Source: an uncultured Clostridia bacterium
GTDB taxonomy: Bacteria > Bacillota > Clostridia > Christensenellales > UBA1242
Direction of reading: 5' to 3'
Length of the DNA: 41,631 bases
Assembly (NCBI GenBank): GCA_944372465.1
Contig: CALVZG010000053.1
Coordinates: 1 to 41,631, forward strand
The notes beneath the pieces are model-generated. The model worked only from the letters and a program-made list of their open reading frames with translations. It did no database searches and had not been told where the DNA came from. Below, one piece after another: positions 1-8,025 of the stretch (position 1 is the first letter of the stretch; each line of letters begins with the position of its first letter). The translations under genes were made by a program, and so were the position numbers.

Positions 1-1
1 T

Positions 2-967
2 TCAGGCGGAACAGAGGCAGATAACTGGGCAATAAAAGGAATAGCTCATGCTTATTCTAATAAAGGCAAACATATAATAACAAGTGCTATAGAACATCAT
101 GCAGTTTTAGATGCATGTAAACAATTAGAAGAAGAAGGTTTTGAAGTAACATATATTCCAGTCGACAAGGAAGGATTAGTTAATTTATCAGAACTTTTAC
201 ATTTAATAAGAAAAGATACAACATTAATTTCAATAATGGCAGTCAATAATGAAGTAGGAACAATCCAAAATATTAAGACAATCGCTAAAATAGCACATGA
301 TTATAATATAATTTTTCACACTGATGCAGTACAAGGATTGGGTGCTATTAAATTAGATGTTCAAGATATGGAAATTGATGCTATGACATTGTCAGGACAT
401 AAGGTATATGGACCAAAAGGTGTTGGTTGCCTATATTTAAAAAATGGAATAAGAATTGAGTCGCTTTTAGCCGGAGGGAATCAAGAGCGAGGCAAAAGAG
501 GCGGAACGGTAAATGTACCAGCAGTAGCAGGCTTTGGTAAGGCTGTCGAGATTGCTGTAAGAGATATTATTATAAACCAACAAAAATTAAGAAGTGAAAG
601 AGATTATTTTATTCGCAGTTTGAAGGAAAAGATTGATTATATAACCATAAATGGTCATCCACAACAAAAGATTAATGGAATATTAAATATATCATTTGAT
701 ATGGTAGATAATGAATCTCTTTTGATGTTACTAGATATGGAGGGGGTTGCAGTTTCAATAGGTTCAGCTTGCACATCTAATTCAGCAGAACCTTCTCATG
801 TGCTTAAAGCAATGAAGCTTGATGATGATATTGTAAAATCATCTATTAGGATATCATTTGGGAAAAATACAAGTAAAAGCGATCTTGATTATGTAGTAGA
901 AGCTTTGACTAAATCAGTAAATAAACTTAGATCAATTTCAGCAGTTACAAAAGCGGGGAGGAAATAA
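2..967 (+). CDS. iscS: Cysteine desulfurase (NifS/IscS family), 5'-truncated by the window edge
   Basis: Frame 2 is open from the window edge to TAA at 965-967 (SGGTEADNWAIKGIAHAY...). It has the PLP-lysine motif LSGHKVYGPKG and the catalytic Cys loop GSACTSNSAEPSHV. An IscU-like gene follows 2 nt downstream. Confidence 0.9.
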   Translation, partial: SGGTEADNWAIKGIAHAYSNKGKHIITSAIEHHAVLDACKQLEEEGFEVTYIPVDKEGLVNLSELLHLIRKDTTLISIMAVNNEVGTIQNIKTIAKIAHDYNIIFHTDAVQGLGAIKLDVQDMEIDAMTLSGHKVYGPKGVGCLYLKNGIRIESLLAGGNQERGKRGGTVNVPAVAGFGKAVEIAVRDIIINQQKLRSERDYFIRSLKEKIDYITINGHPQQKINGILNISFDMVDNESLLMLLDMEGVAVSIGSACTSNSAEPSHVLKAMKLDDDIVKSSIRISFGKNTSKSDLDYVVEALTKSVNKLRSISAVTKAGRK

Positions 968-969
968 TC

Positions 970-1371
970 ATGTATAGTAATGAAATATTAGAAAGATTTA
1001 AATCACCCAAATTTGCTGGTGGACTTCGTGGGGCAAATGGAACAGGCAAGGCAGGAGATGACAAATGTGGGGATCTTGTAAAAATTTATATACTTGTTGA
1101 TGATAATGGCATCATCACTTCAGCAAAATTTAAAGTTTATGGAGGTGTAAGCACTATTGTTGCTTGTGATATTGCTTGTGAAATGTTGATAGATATGACT
1201 CTTGAAGAGGCTTTAAGTGTTACAAGTGATGATATTTTAGAACATTTAGAAGGAGGTATTCCTGAAGTAAAATATTATTCAGCAGTTCTTGCAGAAGAAG
1301 CAATAAATAATGCTGTAGAAGATTATTACAAAAGGAAAGAACGCGAAGAAAAAAAACAATTATCAATATAA
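970..1371 (+). CDS. iscU: IscU/NifU N-terminal-domain-like Fe-S scaffold protein (non-canonical ligand set)
   Basis: 133 aa with RBS GGGGAGG upstream. KCGDLVKIYILV, FKVYGG and AVLAEEAINNAV line up with the IscU signature blocks. The second and third Cys positions are substituted (see finding). Confidence 0.8.
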   Translation: MYSNEILERFKSPKFAGGLRGANGTGKAGDDKCGDLVKIYILVDDNGIITSAKFKVYGGVSTIVACDIACEMLIDMTLEEALSVTSDDILEHLEGGIPEVKYYSAVLAEEAINNAVEDYYKRKEREEKKQLSI

Positions 1372-1380
1372 TATTAGAAT

Positions 1381-1413
1381 AAAACTATAAAATATTTTAT
1401 AGTTTTATTTTTG
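1381..1413 (+). terminator. AT-only palindrome plus T-run after iscU (weak intrinsic terminator)
   Basis: AAAACTATAAAAT/ATTTTATAGTTTT is a perfect 13-bp palindrome followed by a TTTTATTTTT tract. Confidence 0.4.
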
Positions 1414-1493
1414 TATAAAATAGAAAGTTTTCAAAAAATAAATTACATAGCAATTTTTGAGAATTTAATAATTAAATATTAAAAAATATTTAC

Positions 1494-1575
1494 AAGTCGA
1501 AAGCCAAATTTTGCCTAAAGTCAAAATTTGCAAAACTTTCAGTTTTTATTCGCTGTTTGCTCATGCTTTCGACTT
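1494..1575. repeat. Nested palindromic element: 11-bp outer stem enclosing two hairpins
   Basis: The outer stem is AAGTCGAAAGC (1494-1504) with GCTTTCGACTT (1565-1575). Inner hairpins are CAAATTTTG/CAAAATTTG (1505-1530) and AAAACT/AGTTTT (1532-1546). Confidence 0.6.
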
Positions 1576-1697
1576 AAAAATCTCTTCGCTTAACTGTATC
1601 TATAACTCATACAAAAAATTAGGTTTAAATATAAATTATATAACAAATTTGCATAAAAACTTGATTTTTGCCCATAATAACTCTAGAGGAGGGAATA

Positions 1698-1922
1698 ATG
1701 AAAGATATAATGATGTTAATGGGTTTCAGTATGGGACTTTTAACAGGTGCACTTCTTTATAAGTACTCTCAAAATGCCAAATCAATGATAGATCAAGGTG
1801 AAAAGAAAATTGTTAAAGAGGCAAAAAAATTGGAGAAGAAAGCCGAACAAGGTATGGAAGAACTTGAAAGCAAAGTAAAGAAAGGCGTAAAGAAAATAGA
1901 AGATAAGATAACAAACAATTAA
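1698..1922 (+). CDS. Small YtxH-like membrane-anchored protein
   Basis: ATG at 1698 follows RBS GGAGGG, so I prefer it to the track start at 1668. The protein has an N-terminal hydrophobic helix (MLMGFSMGLLTGALL) and then a K/E-rich helical tail. Confidence 0.55.
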   Translation: MKDIMMLMGFSMGLLTGALLYKYSQNAKSMIDQGEKKIVKEAKKLEKKAEQGMEELESKVKKGVKKIEDKITNN

Positions 1923-1940
1923 AAAAAATAATAATAAAGA

Positions 1941-1972
1941 TAGCACTCAAAACATTTATGAGTGCTATTTTT
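1941..1972 (+). terminator. Intrinsic terminator after the YtxH-like gene
   Basis: Hairpin TAGCACTCA...TGAGTGCTA followed by TTTTT. Confidence 0.6.
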
Positions 1973-2023
1973 AAATAAAAGAATATAATTTTTATGATTA
2001 TTAGTGTTTTTTGTATTAAAACC

Positions 2024-2050
2024 AAAAAAGGTAGGTTAAAACCTACCTTT
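2024..2050 (-). terminator. Intrinsic terminator of the SRP RNA gene
   Basis: The minus strand reads AAAGGTAGGTTTTAACCTACCTTTTTT, a 7-8 bp GC-containing stem plus a U-run, just 3' of the SRP RNA closing helix. Confidence 0.7.
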
Positions 2051-2060
2051 AAAATTTCAA

Positions 2061-2330
2061 GGCCGAGAACTTGATTTGATAAGATTTCACCAACTGCCTT
2101 ATAAACTTTAAGCTCCACCAAAGCTACCTCATGGCACATCAAAGTGTCCTCTTAATGATGCTGCCGCCAGGCTCTGACATGGTTCAAAGATTTTGATTGC
2201 ATAAGACCTTGATTTCAACACCTATAGTCTACACACATATTTGACAAAATCGAACCGCATTCAAGTGTTCAATCCCACTATAGCGGATTGTGGGTTACAG
2301 AGCACCGCTAACTCTCCATCTATCTCGACT
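2061..2330 (-). ncRNA. ffs: Signal recognition particle RNA, long (Bacillus scRNA-like) form with Alu domain
   Basis: The minus strand contains GAGUUAGCGGUGCUCUGUAACCCACAAUCCGCUAUAGUGGG. From memory this matches the B. subtilis scRNA Alu-domain block GGUAGCGGUGCCCUGUACCUGCAAUCCGCUCUAGCAGGG. It also contains GAACCAUGUCAGAGCCUGGCGGCAGCAUCAUUAAG, matching the domain IV block GAACCAUGUCAGGUCCGGAAGGAAGCAGCAUUAAG. The 5' GUCGAGA pairs with the 3' UCUCGGC. The ends are approximate. Confidence 0.85.
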
Positions 2331-2335
2331 ATAAT

Positions 2336-2364
2336 ATTTTACCATAAAGAGAAAAAAAATGCAA
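2336..2364 (-). promoter_or_regulatory. Sigma-A type promoter for SRP RNA
   Basis: The minus strand reads TTGCAT, a 17-nt spacer, then TAAAAT with an extended -10 TG (TGGTAAAAT). This places the transcription start near the predicted 5' end of the RNA. Confidence 0.6.
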
Positions 2365-2516
2365 TAAAAATATCTATTAATTTATTATAAGATTAAATTA
2401 TAAGAAAAAAATTTTTGAATAAAATCAAAAATAAATAGGAAAAATGTAAAAAATTGATATCTTTTTTGTAAAAATTATGTTATTATATCAATTAGATTAG
2501 AAGAATTGGAGATTTT

Positions 2517-3248
2517 ATGACTAAAAATTTAAAAGAAAGTAATGCAAAAAGATTTTTAGATGCTTATAATAATATCGATTATGCGTTAAAAACAAGATAT
2601 GGATTAAATAGGGCTATGGGATTTTCAGATTTGATTAGAAAATCAGTAGTAATGAATTCAGTTATAAGAAAATATGAAGATGAACTTATAGATTATGGAA
2701 GATTAAGAAATGCAATTATTCATAACAACAATGAAGACTTTATTATTGCCGAGCCTCATGATAGCGTAGTAGAAGATATAGAAAGGATAGAAAGGCTTCT
2801 TACAACTCCGCCAAAAGTATTAGATACCATAGGAAGTAGAGAAGTATTAGTAACATATGCTGGGAAAAGTATGAGAGAAGTAATAATGCTTATGGCATCA
2901 TCAAATTTTAGTAATATACCTGTTTATAAAAATAATGAACTTATAGGCGTGGCAAATGGTCAAAAAATTATTAATTCTATGGGAACATTTTTGCTGTCGG
3001 GTGGAAAATGTTCATCATTCCTTGACAATGTGCAAATAGAAGATATGCTTTCAAAATTACAAGATAGCAATTATTATGTTGTAAAAAAGGCAGATTGCAC
3101 AATAGAGGAGGCACTCGGAGAATTTGATAAAAATCATAAGTTGCTTGCAATTCTTTTTACTAAGAACGGAAATAATAATGAAATGCCACTTGGAATAATG
3201 ACAGGTGCAAATGTTGTAGAAGCACAAAAAATACTTGAAAATTATTAA
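2517..3248 (+). CDS. HEPN-like (Rx4H) N-terminal domain fused to a CBS-domain pair
   Basis: 243 aa with RBS GGAG. The N-terminal ~95 aa are helical and carry LRNAIIH (R64-x4-H69, nt 2706-2723). The C-terminal ~140 aa look like tandem CBS modules (NIPVYKNNELIGVANGQKI...; HKLLAILFTKNGNNNEMPLGIMTGANV). Confidence 0.7.
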   Translation: MTKNLKESNAKRFLDAYNNIDYALKTRYGLNRAMGFSDLIRKSVVMNSVIRKYEDELIDYGRLRNAIIHNNNEDFIIAEPHDSVVEDIERIERLLTTPPKVLDTIGSREVLVTYAGKSMREVIMLMASSNFSNIPVYKNNELIGVANGQKIINSMGTFLLSGGKCSSFLDNVQIEDMLSKLQDSNYYVVKKADCTIEEALGEFDKNHKLLAILFTKNGNNNEMPLGIMTGANVVEAQKILENY

Positions 3249-3331
3249 TAGTATTATATGTTAAATAAATTTGTAATTGTAAATAAAATAAATATAAAAT
3301 AAATAATAAAAACAAAAAATAAATAAAATAA

Positions 3332-3360
3332 TTGACAAATTTAAAAAAAATTATTAAAAT
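3332..3360 (+). promoter_or_regulatory. Sigma-A promoter of the ileS T-box leader
   Basis: TTGACA (3332-3337), a 17-nt spacer, then TAAAAT (3355-3360). Confidence 0.7.
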
Positions 3361-3366
3361 ATGCTT

Positions 3367-3697
3367 ATTATAAAAATGCGTTGATGAAAGACAAGATTTT
3401 TAAGATAGGTTCAAAAAGAGATTTATCGGCTGGTGAAAGATAAAAGAAAATCTTAAAAGTTATCACTTTCGGAGTTGCAATTTTGAAAAATCATTTTATA
3501 ATTATTTGTTTTGTAAATAAAATAAAACAAATAATAAGAATTATTATAAAATTTAAGATAATTAAAACTAAAATAAAAAATGATTTAGTAAAAATTGACG
3601 GTTCTTCCCGTTATAGAAGAGGCAAGTGCTAGCTTGCTAATAAGATTACAAGTGGTATAAACCCATTAGGTTCTTGTAACTTAATGGGATTTTTTAT
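3367..3697 (+). promoter_or_regulatory. T-box riboswitch leader (Ile specifier) controlling ileS
   Basis: Stem I has AGAGA (3417-3421) and CTGGTGAAAG (3430-3439). The candidate specifier is AUC+A at 3472-3475. A T-box-like AGTGGTA sits at 3651-3657. The terminator CCCATTA (3662-3668) / TAATGGG (3682-3688) plus TTTTT lies just before the ileS RBS. Confidence 0.8.
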
Positions 3698-3708
3698 AGG
3701 AGGATTAT

Positions 3709-6700
3709 ATGTATAAAAAAGTAGAATCAAAACTTGATTTTGTAGCAAATGAAAACAAAATCTTAAAATTTTGGGAAGAAAATAATATCATAAAAAAAGG
3801 GTTAGATTTTAACAAAAATAGTGATAAAAGTTTTGTTTTGCATGATGGACCTCCAACAGCGAATGGTAAGCCACATATAGGTCATGTTCTTACAAGGGCA
3901 ATGAAAGATGTGATTCCTCGTTTTAAATCAATGAAAGGATATTATATTTATCGAAAAGCAGGTTGGGACACACATGGATTGCCAGTTGAAGTGGAAGTAG
4001 AGAAAAAACTAGGAATAAATGGCAAGAAAGATATAGAAAATTATGGAATAGACAAATTTATTGAGTTATGTAAAAGTTCGGTATGGGAATATAAATCTAT
4101 GTGGGAAGACCTTACCAAAAAGATTGGATATTGGGTAGACATGGATAATCCATATATTACTTACGACAATAAATATATTGAAAGTATTTTTTGGGCATTG
4201 AAAGAGATGGATAAAAAAGGCTTGATATATCAAGGACATAAAGTAGTGCCATATTGTCCAAGATGTGGAACAAGTCTTTCAAAAGCAGAACTTGAAAATG
4301 GTGATAACTATAAGATTTTAAAAGAAAATTCAGTTTATGTAAAATTTAAAAGTTTAGAAGAAGAAAACACATATTTTCTTGTATGGACAACTACTCCTTG
4401 GACATTGCCATCAAATATCGCAATTTGCATGAACCCAAATGAAGAATACTCAAAAATTGCCTATGAAGGTAAAAATTATATAATGCTTAAAAAACTTATT
4501 CCAACTCTTTTTGAAGAGGGGACATATTCGATAATTGACACTAAACAAGGCAAAGATTATGAGTATCAAAAATATCAACCTCTTTTTGATTATGTAAAAG
4601 ATGAAGTTGAAAGAGGATATTTTGTTATAGTAGATGAATATGTTACAACAGAGGACGGAACAGGAATTGTTCACATTGCTCCAGCGTTTGGCGAAGATGA
4701 CTACAAAACAGGTATAAAATATGGTTTAACATTTGTACAACTTGTAGATGAAAGTGGTCATATGAGTGATAAGACAGAATTTAAAGGATTGTTTGTTAAA
4801 GACGCAGATAAATTAATAATAGAAAAATTACAAAAAGAAGACAAAATGTTTAAAGTTCAACCTATCGAACACTCTTATCCACATTGCTGGAGATGTAAAA
4901 GTCCACTTTTATATTATGCTCAAGATGCATGGTTTGTAAAGACTACAAAAATTCGCGACCAACTCGTTGCAAATAACCAAGGAATAAATTGGATACCAGA
5001 TCATATAAAAAATGGTAGAATGGGCAACTTCCTTGCGAATAATATTGATTGGAATATTTCTAGAAATAGATATTGGGGGACTCCTCTTCCTTTTTGGAAA
5101 TGTGAAGAAGGACATATTCATGTAATAGGAAGTGTGGAAGAGTTAAGAAAACTTTCAGGCGTCGAGGGCGAACTTGACCTTCATAAACCAACACTTGATA
5201 AAATAACATTCCCTTGTCCACAATGTGGAAAGATAATGAAAAGAACTCCAGAGGTAATGGATTGTTGGTTTGATAGTGGTTCTATGCCATTTGCGCAATA
5301 TCATTATCCTTTTGAAAATAAAGAAGTTTTTGAAAAGGCATTTTGTGCTGATTATATAAGTGAAGCAATTGACCAAACGAGAGGTTGGTTTTATACTTTA
5401 CTTGCAGTAAATACTGCTGTTTTTGGGAAAGCCCCATTTAAAGCATGCAATGTTTTAGGACTTGTGTTAGATAAACATGGTTTAAAAATGAGTAAAAGCC
5501 TAAAAAATGGTGTTGACCCTTGGGAGATACTTTCTAAATATGGTGCAGATGGCGTAAGATGGTATTTCTTTTCAAGTTGCAACCCAGCACAAGGGTTACC
5601 TTTTATTGAGGAAAATTTGGTAGACTTACAACGAAAATTTATGGGTACATTATGGAATGTCTATTATTTCTATGTTTTATACGCAGAAATTGACAAGATT
5701 AACCCACTCAAATATGAATTAAAAGATTGTAAACTATCATTTTTAGATAAATGGTTATTATCAGACTATAACGCTTTAATAAAAATAGTGGATAGTTGTC
5801 TTGAAAAATATGATATGCAGACACCAACAAAAGCCATAAGTGAATTTGTAGATAGGCTATCAAATTGGTATATAAGGCGTTCTCGTGAAAGATTTTGGGG
5901 AAGTGAAGAAAGTGAAGATAAAAAATCTGCATATAAAACCTTATATGAAGTACTAACAAGTTTAAGCAAACTTATTGCTCCATTCGTGCCATTTTTAGCA
6001 GAAGAAATTTATCAGAATTTGGTAAGAAGTTTAGATAAAGATGCACCAGAGAGTGTACATTTTTGCAATTATCCAACTGCAGATGAAAGCATGATAAATG
6101 CTAAACTAAATGAAGGCATGGATAAAGTTTTAGAGATAGTTGACCTTGGAAGAGCATGCCGAAGTGCAAGTAATGTAAAAAATCGTCAACCATTATCAAA
6201 AGTTATAGTATGCACGAGTAAAGAATTAAAATTAGATGACGAACTTCAAGCATTAATCAAAGATGAACTAAATGTTGAAGAAATTGAGATATTGCACAAT
6301 GCAGATGAATTTGTTTCATATGAACTTAAACCTCAACTTCGTACAGTTGGTCCTAAATACGGAAAACTATTAAGTGGTATTAAAGACTATCTTGCAAATG
6401 CAGGTAGTGTAGGAAATGTGAACAAGGTTCGTCATGGCGGTAAATTAACTTTCGAAGTTAATGGGCAGAGCGTAGAACTTGAAGAAGCAGATTTATTAAT
6501 AGGACTTAAAAATAAAGAGGGATATTCAAGTGAAACAAATGGCGAATTGACTGTTGTATTAGATACAAATTTAACACAAAAACTTATTGAAAAGGGAATG
6601 GTTAAGGAATTTATATCAAAAGTTCAAAATCTAAGAAAAGAAAGTAATTTTGAAGTTGTAAACCATATAAAAATAGAAATATGTGGAGATAATCAACTTT

Positions 6701-6840
6701 TAAATAAACTTATGAATTATCAAGATGCAATTAAAAAAGGAACATTGTGTGATATAATAGAGCAAGGTGAAACTGGCTCAAACTCTCTTGAATTTGAATT
6801 TGATGGTAAAAAAGTCAATGTGTTCATTTCAAAAATTTAA
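3709..6840 (+). CDS. ileS: Isoleucine--tRNA ligase, long form (type 2-like)
   Basis: 1043 aa. It has PPTANGKPHIGH (HIGH motif), KMSKS, a CP1 editing region and a long C-terminal extension without an obvious Zn-Cys cluster. Confidence 0.97.
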   Translation: MYKKVESKLDFVANENKILKFWEENNIIKKGLDFNKNSDKSFVLHDGPPTANGKPHIGHVLTRAMKDVIPRFKSMKGYYIYRKAGWDTHGLPVEVEVEKKLGINGKKDIENYGIDKFIELCKSSVWEYKSMWEDLTKKIGYWVDMDNPYITYDNKYIESIFWALKEMDKKGLIYQGHKVVPYCPRCGTSLSKAELENGDNYKILKENSVYVKFKSLEEENTYFLVWTTTPWTLPSNIAICMNPNEEYSKIAYEGKNYIMLKKLIPTLFEEGTYSIIDTKQGKDYEYQKYQPLFDYVKDEVERGYFVIVDEYVTTEDGTGIVHIAPAFGEDDYKTGIKYGLTFVQLVDESGHMSDKTEFKGLFVKDADKLIIEKLQKEDKMFKVQPIEHSYPHCWRCKSPLLYYAQDAWFVKTTKIRDQLVANNQGINWIPDHIKNGRMGNFLANNIDWNISRNRYWGTPLPFWKCEEGHIHVIGSVEELRKLSGVEGELDLHKPTLDKITFPCPQCGKIMKRTPEVMDCWFDSGSMPFAQYHYPFENKEVFEKAFCADYISEAIDQTRGWFYTLLAVNTAVFGKAPFKACNVLGLVLDKHGLKMSKSLKNGVDPWEILSKYGADGVRWYFFSSCNPAQGLPFIEENLVDLQRKFMGTLWNVYYFYVLYAEIDKINPLKYELKDCKLSFLDKWLLSDYNALIKIVDSCLEKYDMQTPTKAISEFVDRLSNWYIRRSRERFWGSEESEDKKSAYKTLYEVLTSLSKLIAPFVPFLAEEIYQNLVRSLDKDAPESVHFCNYPTADESMINAKLNEGMDKVLEIVDLGRACRSASNVKNRQPLSKVIVCTSKELKLDDELQALIKDELNVEEIEILHNADEFVSYELKPQLRTVGPKYGKLLSGIKDYLANAGSVGNVNKVRHGGKLTFEVNGQSVELEEADLLIGLKNKEGYSSETNGELTVVLDTNLTQKLIEKGMVKEFISKVQNLRKESNFEVVNHIKIEICGDNQLLNKLMNYQDAIKKGTLCDIIEQGETGSNSLEFEFDGKKVNVFISKI

Positions 6841-6877
6841 CAAAAAAATATAAAAAATATTTAAAAAATAATAAAAA

Positions 6878-6910
6878 ATCAGCAAAAAATGTAAAATTTG
6901 CTGATTTTTT
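6878..6910 (+). terminator. Intrinsic terminator after ileS
   Basis: ATCAGCAAA...TTTGCTGAT hairpin followed by TTTTTT. Confidence 0.75.
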
Positions 6911-7020
6911 AATCAATTATGAAAGATATAATGATAAAATAAAATTTTATTTTTATTTTGTCGTAAATTTATAAAAATATTTTTTTATCATTATTTTATT
7001 AATTTTATTTAATTAATTTT

Positions 7021-7040
7021 TATTTATTTATTTATTTATT
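7021..7040. repeat. Tetranucleotide repeat (TATT)x5
   Basis: Read directly: tatttatttatttatttatt, inside a ~330-bp almost pure A/T intergenic region. Confidence 0.9.
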
Positions 7041-7111
7041 TGATATTAATATTTAAAAATAATTTATTTTCTATATTATTAATTTAATTTTTTTAAAAAA
7101 TATATTAAAAC

Positions 7112-7140
7112 TTGTAAATAAATTAGTATTTTGTTATAAT
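7112..7140 (+). promoter_or_regulatory. Sigma-A promoter with extended -10
   Basis: TTGTAA (7112-7117), a 17-nt spacer, then TATAAT (7135-7140) preceded by TGt. Confidence 0.6.
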
Positions 7141-7173
7141 AATTCTATAATTATTTAAAAGGGCATATAATTA

Positions 7174-8025
7174 ATGAAAATAGCAAATGATTGGAAAGAT
7201 TATAAAGTTTTAGCAACGGGTAATGGAGAAAAATTAGAACAATGGGGAAGTTTTATACTTCTTCGTCCAGACCCACAAGTTATTTGGAAATCAAAAAAAG
7301 AATTATCAAAATTTGCAGGACTTGATGGGCATTACATTCGTTCATCATCAGGCGGAGGAAGTTGGCAGTTTTTTAATAAAGTTCCAGAAAGGTGGCAAAT
7401 CGAATGGAAAGGGATTAAATTTATTGTAAAACCTATGGGGTTTAAGCATACAGGTCTTTTCCCAGAACAGGCTGTAAATTGGAATGATATGACAAAAGCA
7501 ATAAAAGAAGCAAATAGACCTATAAAAGTTTTAAATTTATTTGCATATACAGGTGGGGCAAGTGTCGTTTGTGCTAAAGCAGGGGCTCAAGTTACTCATG
7601 TAGATGCAAGTAAAGGAATGGTGGAAAGAGCAAAAGAAAATGCGAATTTAAATAACATAACAAATATAAGATTTATTGTAGATGATTGTAAAAAGTTTAT
7701 AGAGCGAGAGATAAGGCGTGGCAATTTCTATGATGCTATAATAATGGACCCTCCGAGTTATGGACGGGGAACAAATGGCGAAATGTGGAAATTAGAAGAT
7801 AATCTTTATGATTTTGTAGAACTTACAAAAAAAGTTCTTTCAGATAATCCACTTTTTGTATTAATATCTTCATATACTACAGGTCTTAAAGCAAGTGTTT
7901 TAAAAAATCTTTTAACTTTAGTATTTGGGGAAGGTGGTATAGATGCAGACGAAATAGGTTTGCCAACTGAAGAAAAAATAGTTTTACCATGTGGTTCAAG
8001 GGGTATAAAAATATGGAAGAAATAA
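7174..8025 (+). CDS. Class I SAM-dependent methyltransferase (RlmI/RlmK C-terminal-domain-like rRNA methyltransferase)
   Basis: 283 aa. It has HTGLFPEQAVNW, LNLFAYTGGASV (SAM motif I), a THVDAS acidic loop and IIMDPPSYGRG (motif IV). Confidence 0.8.
   Translation: MKIANDWKDYKVLATGNGEKLEQWGSFILLRPDPQVIWKSKKELSKFAGLDGHYIRSSSGGGSWQFFNKVPERWQIEWKGIKFIVKPMGFKHTGLFPEQAVNWNDMTKAIKEANRPIKVLNLFAYTGGASVVCAKAGAQVTHVDASKGMVERAKENANLNNITNIRFIVDDCKKFIEREIRRGNFYDAIIMDPPSYGRGTNGEMWKLEDNLYDFVELTKKVLSDNPLFVLISSYTTGLKASVLKNLLTLVFGEGGIDADEIGLPTEEKIVLPCGSRGIKIWKK

Noticed and set aside
1813-2142. A 109-aa minus-strand ORF, and the 1511-1762 plus-strand ORF.
   Set aside because: The first overlaps the SRP RNA gene and its terminator. 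The second starts at TTG inside the palindromic element and has no RBS. Both are better explained as non-coding.
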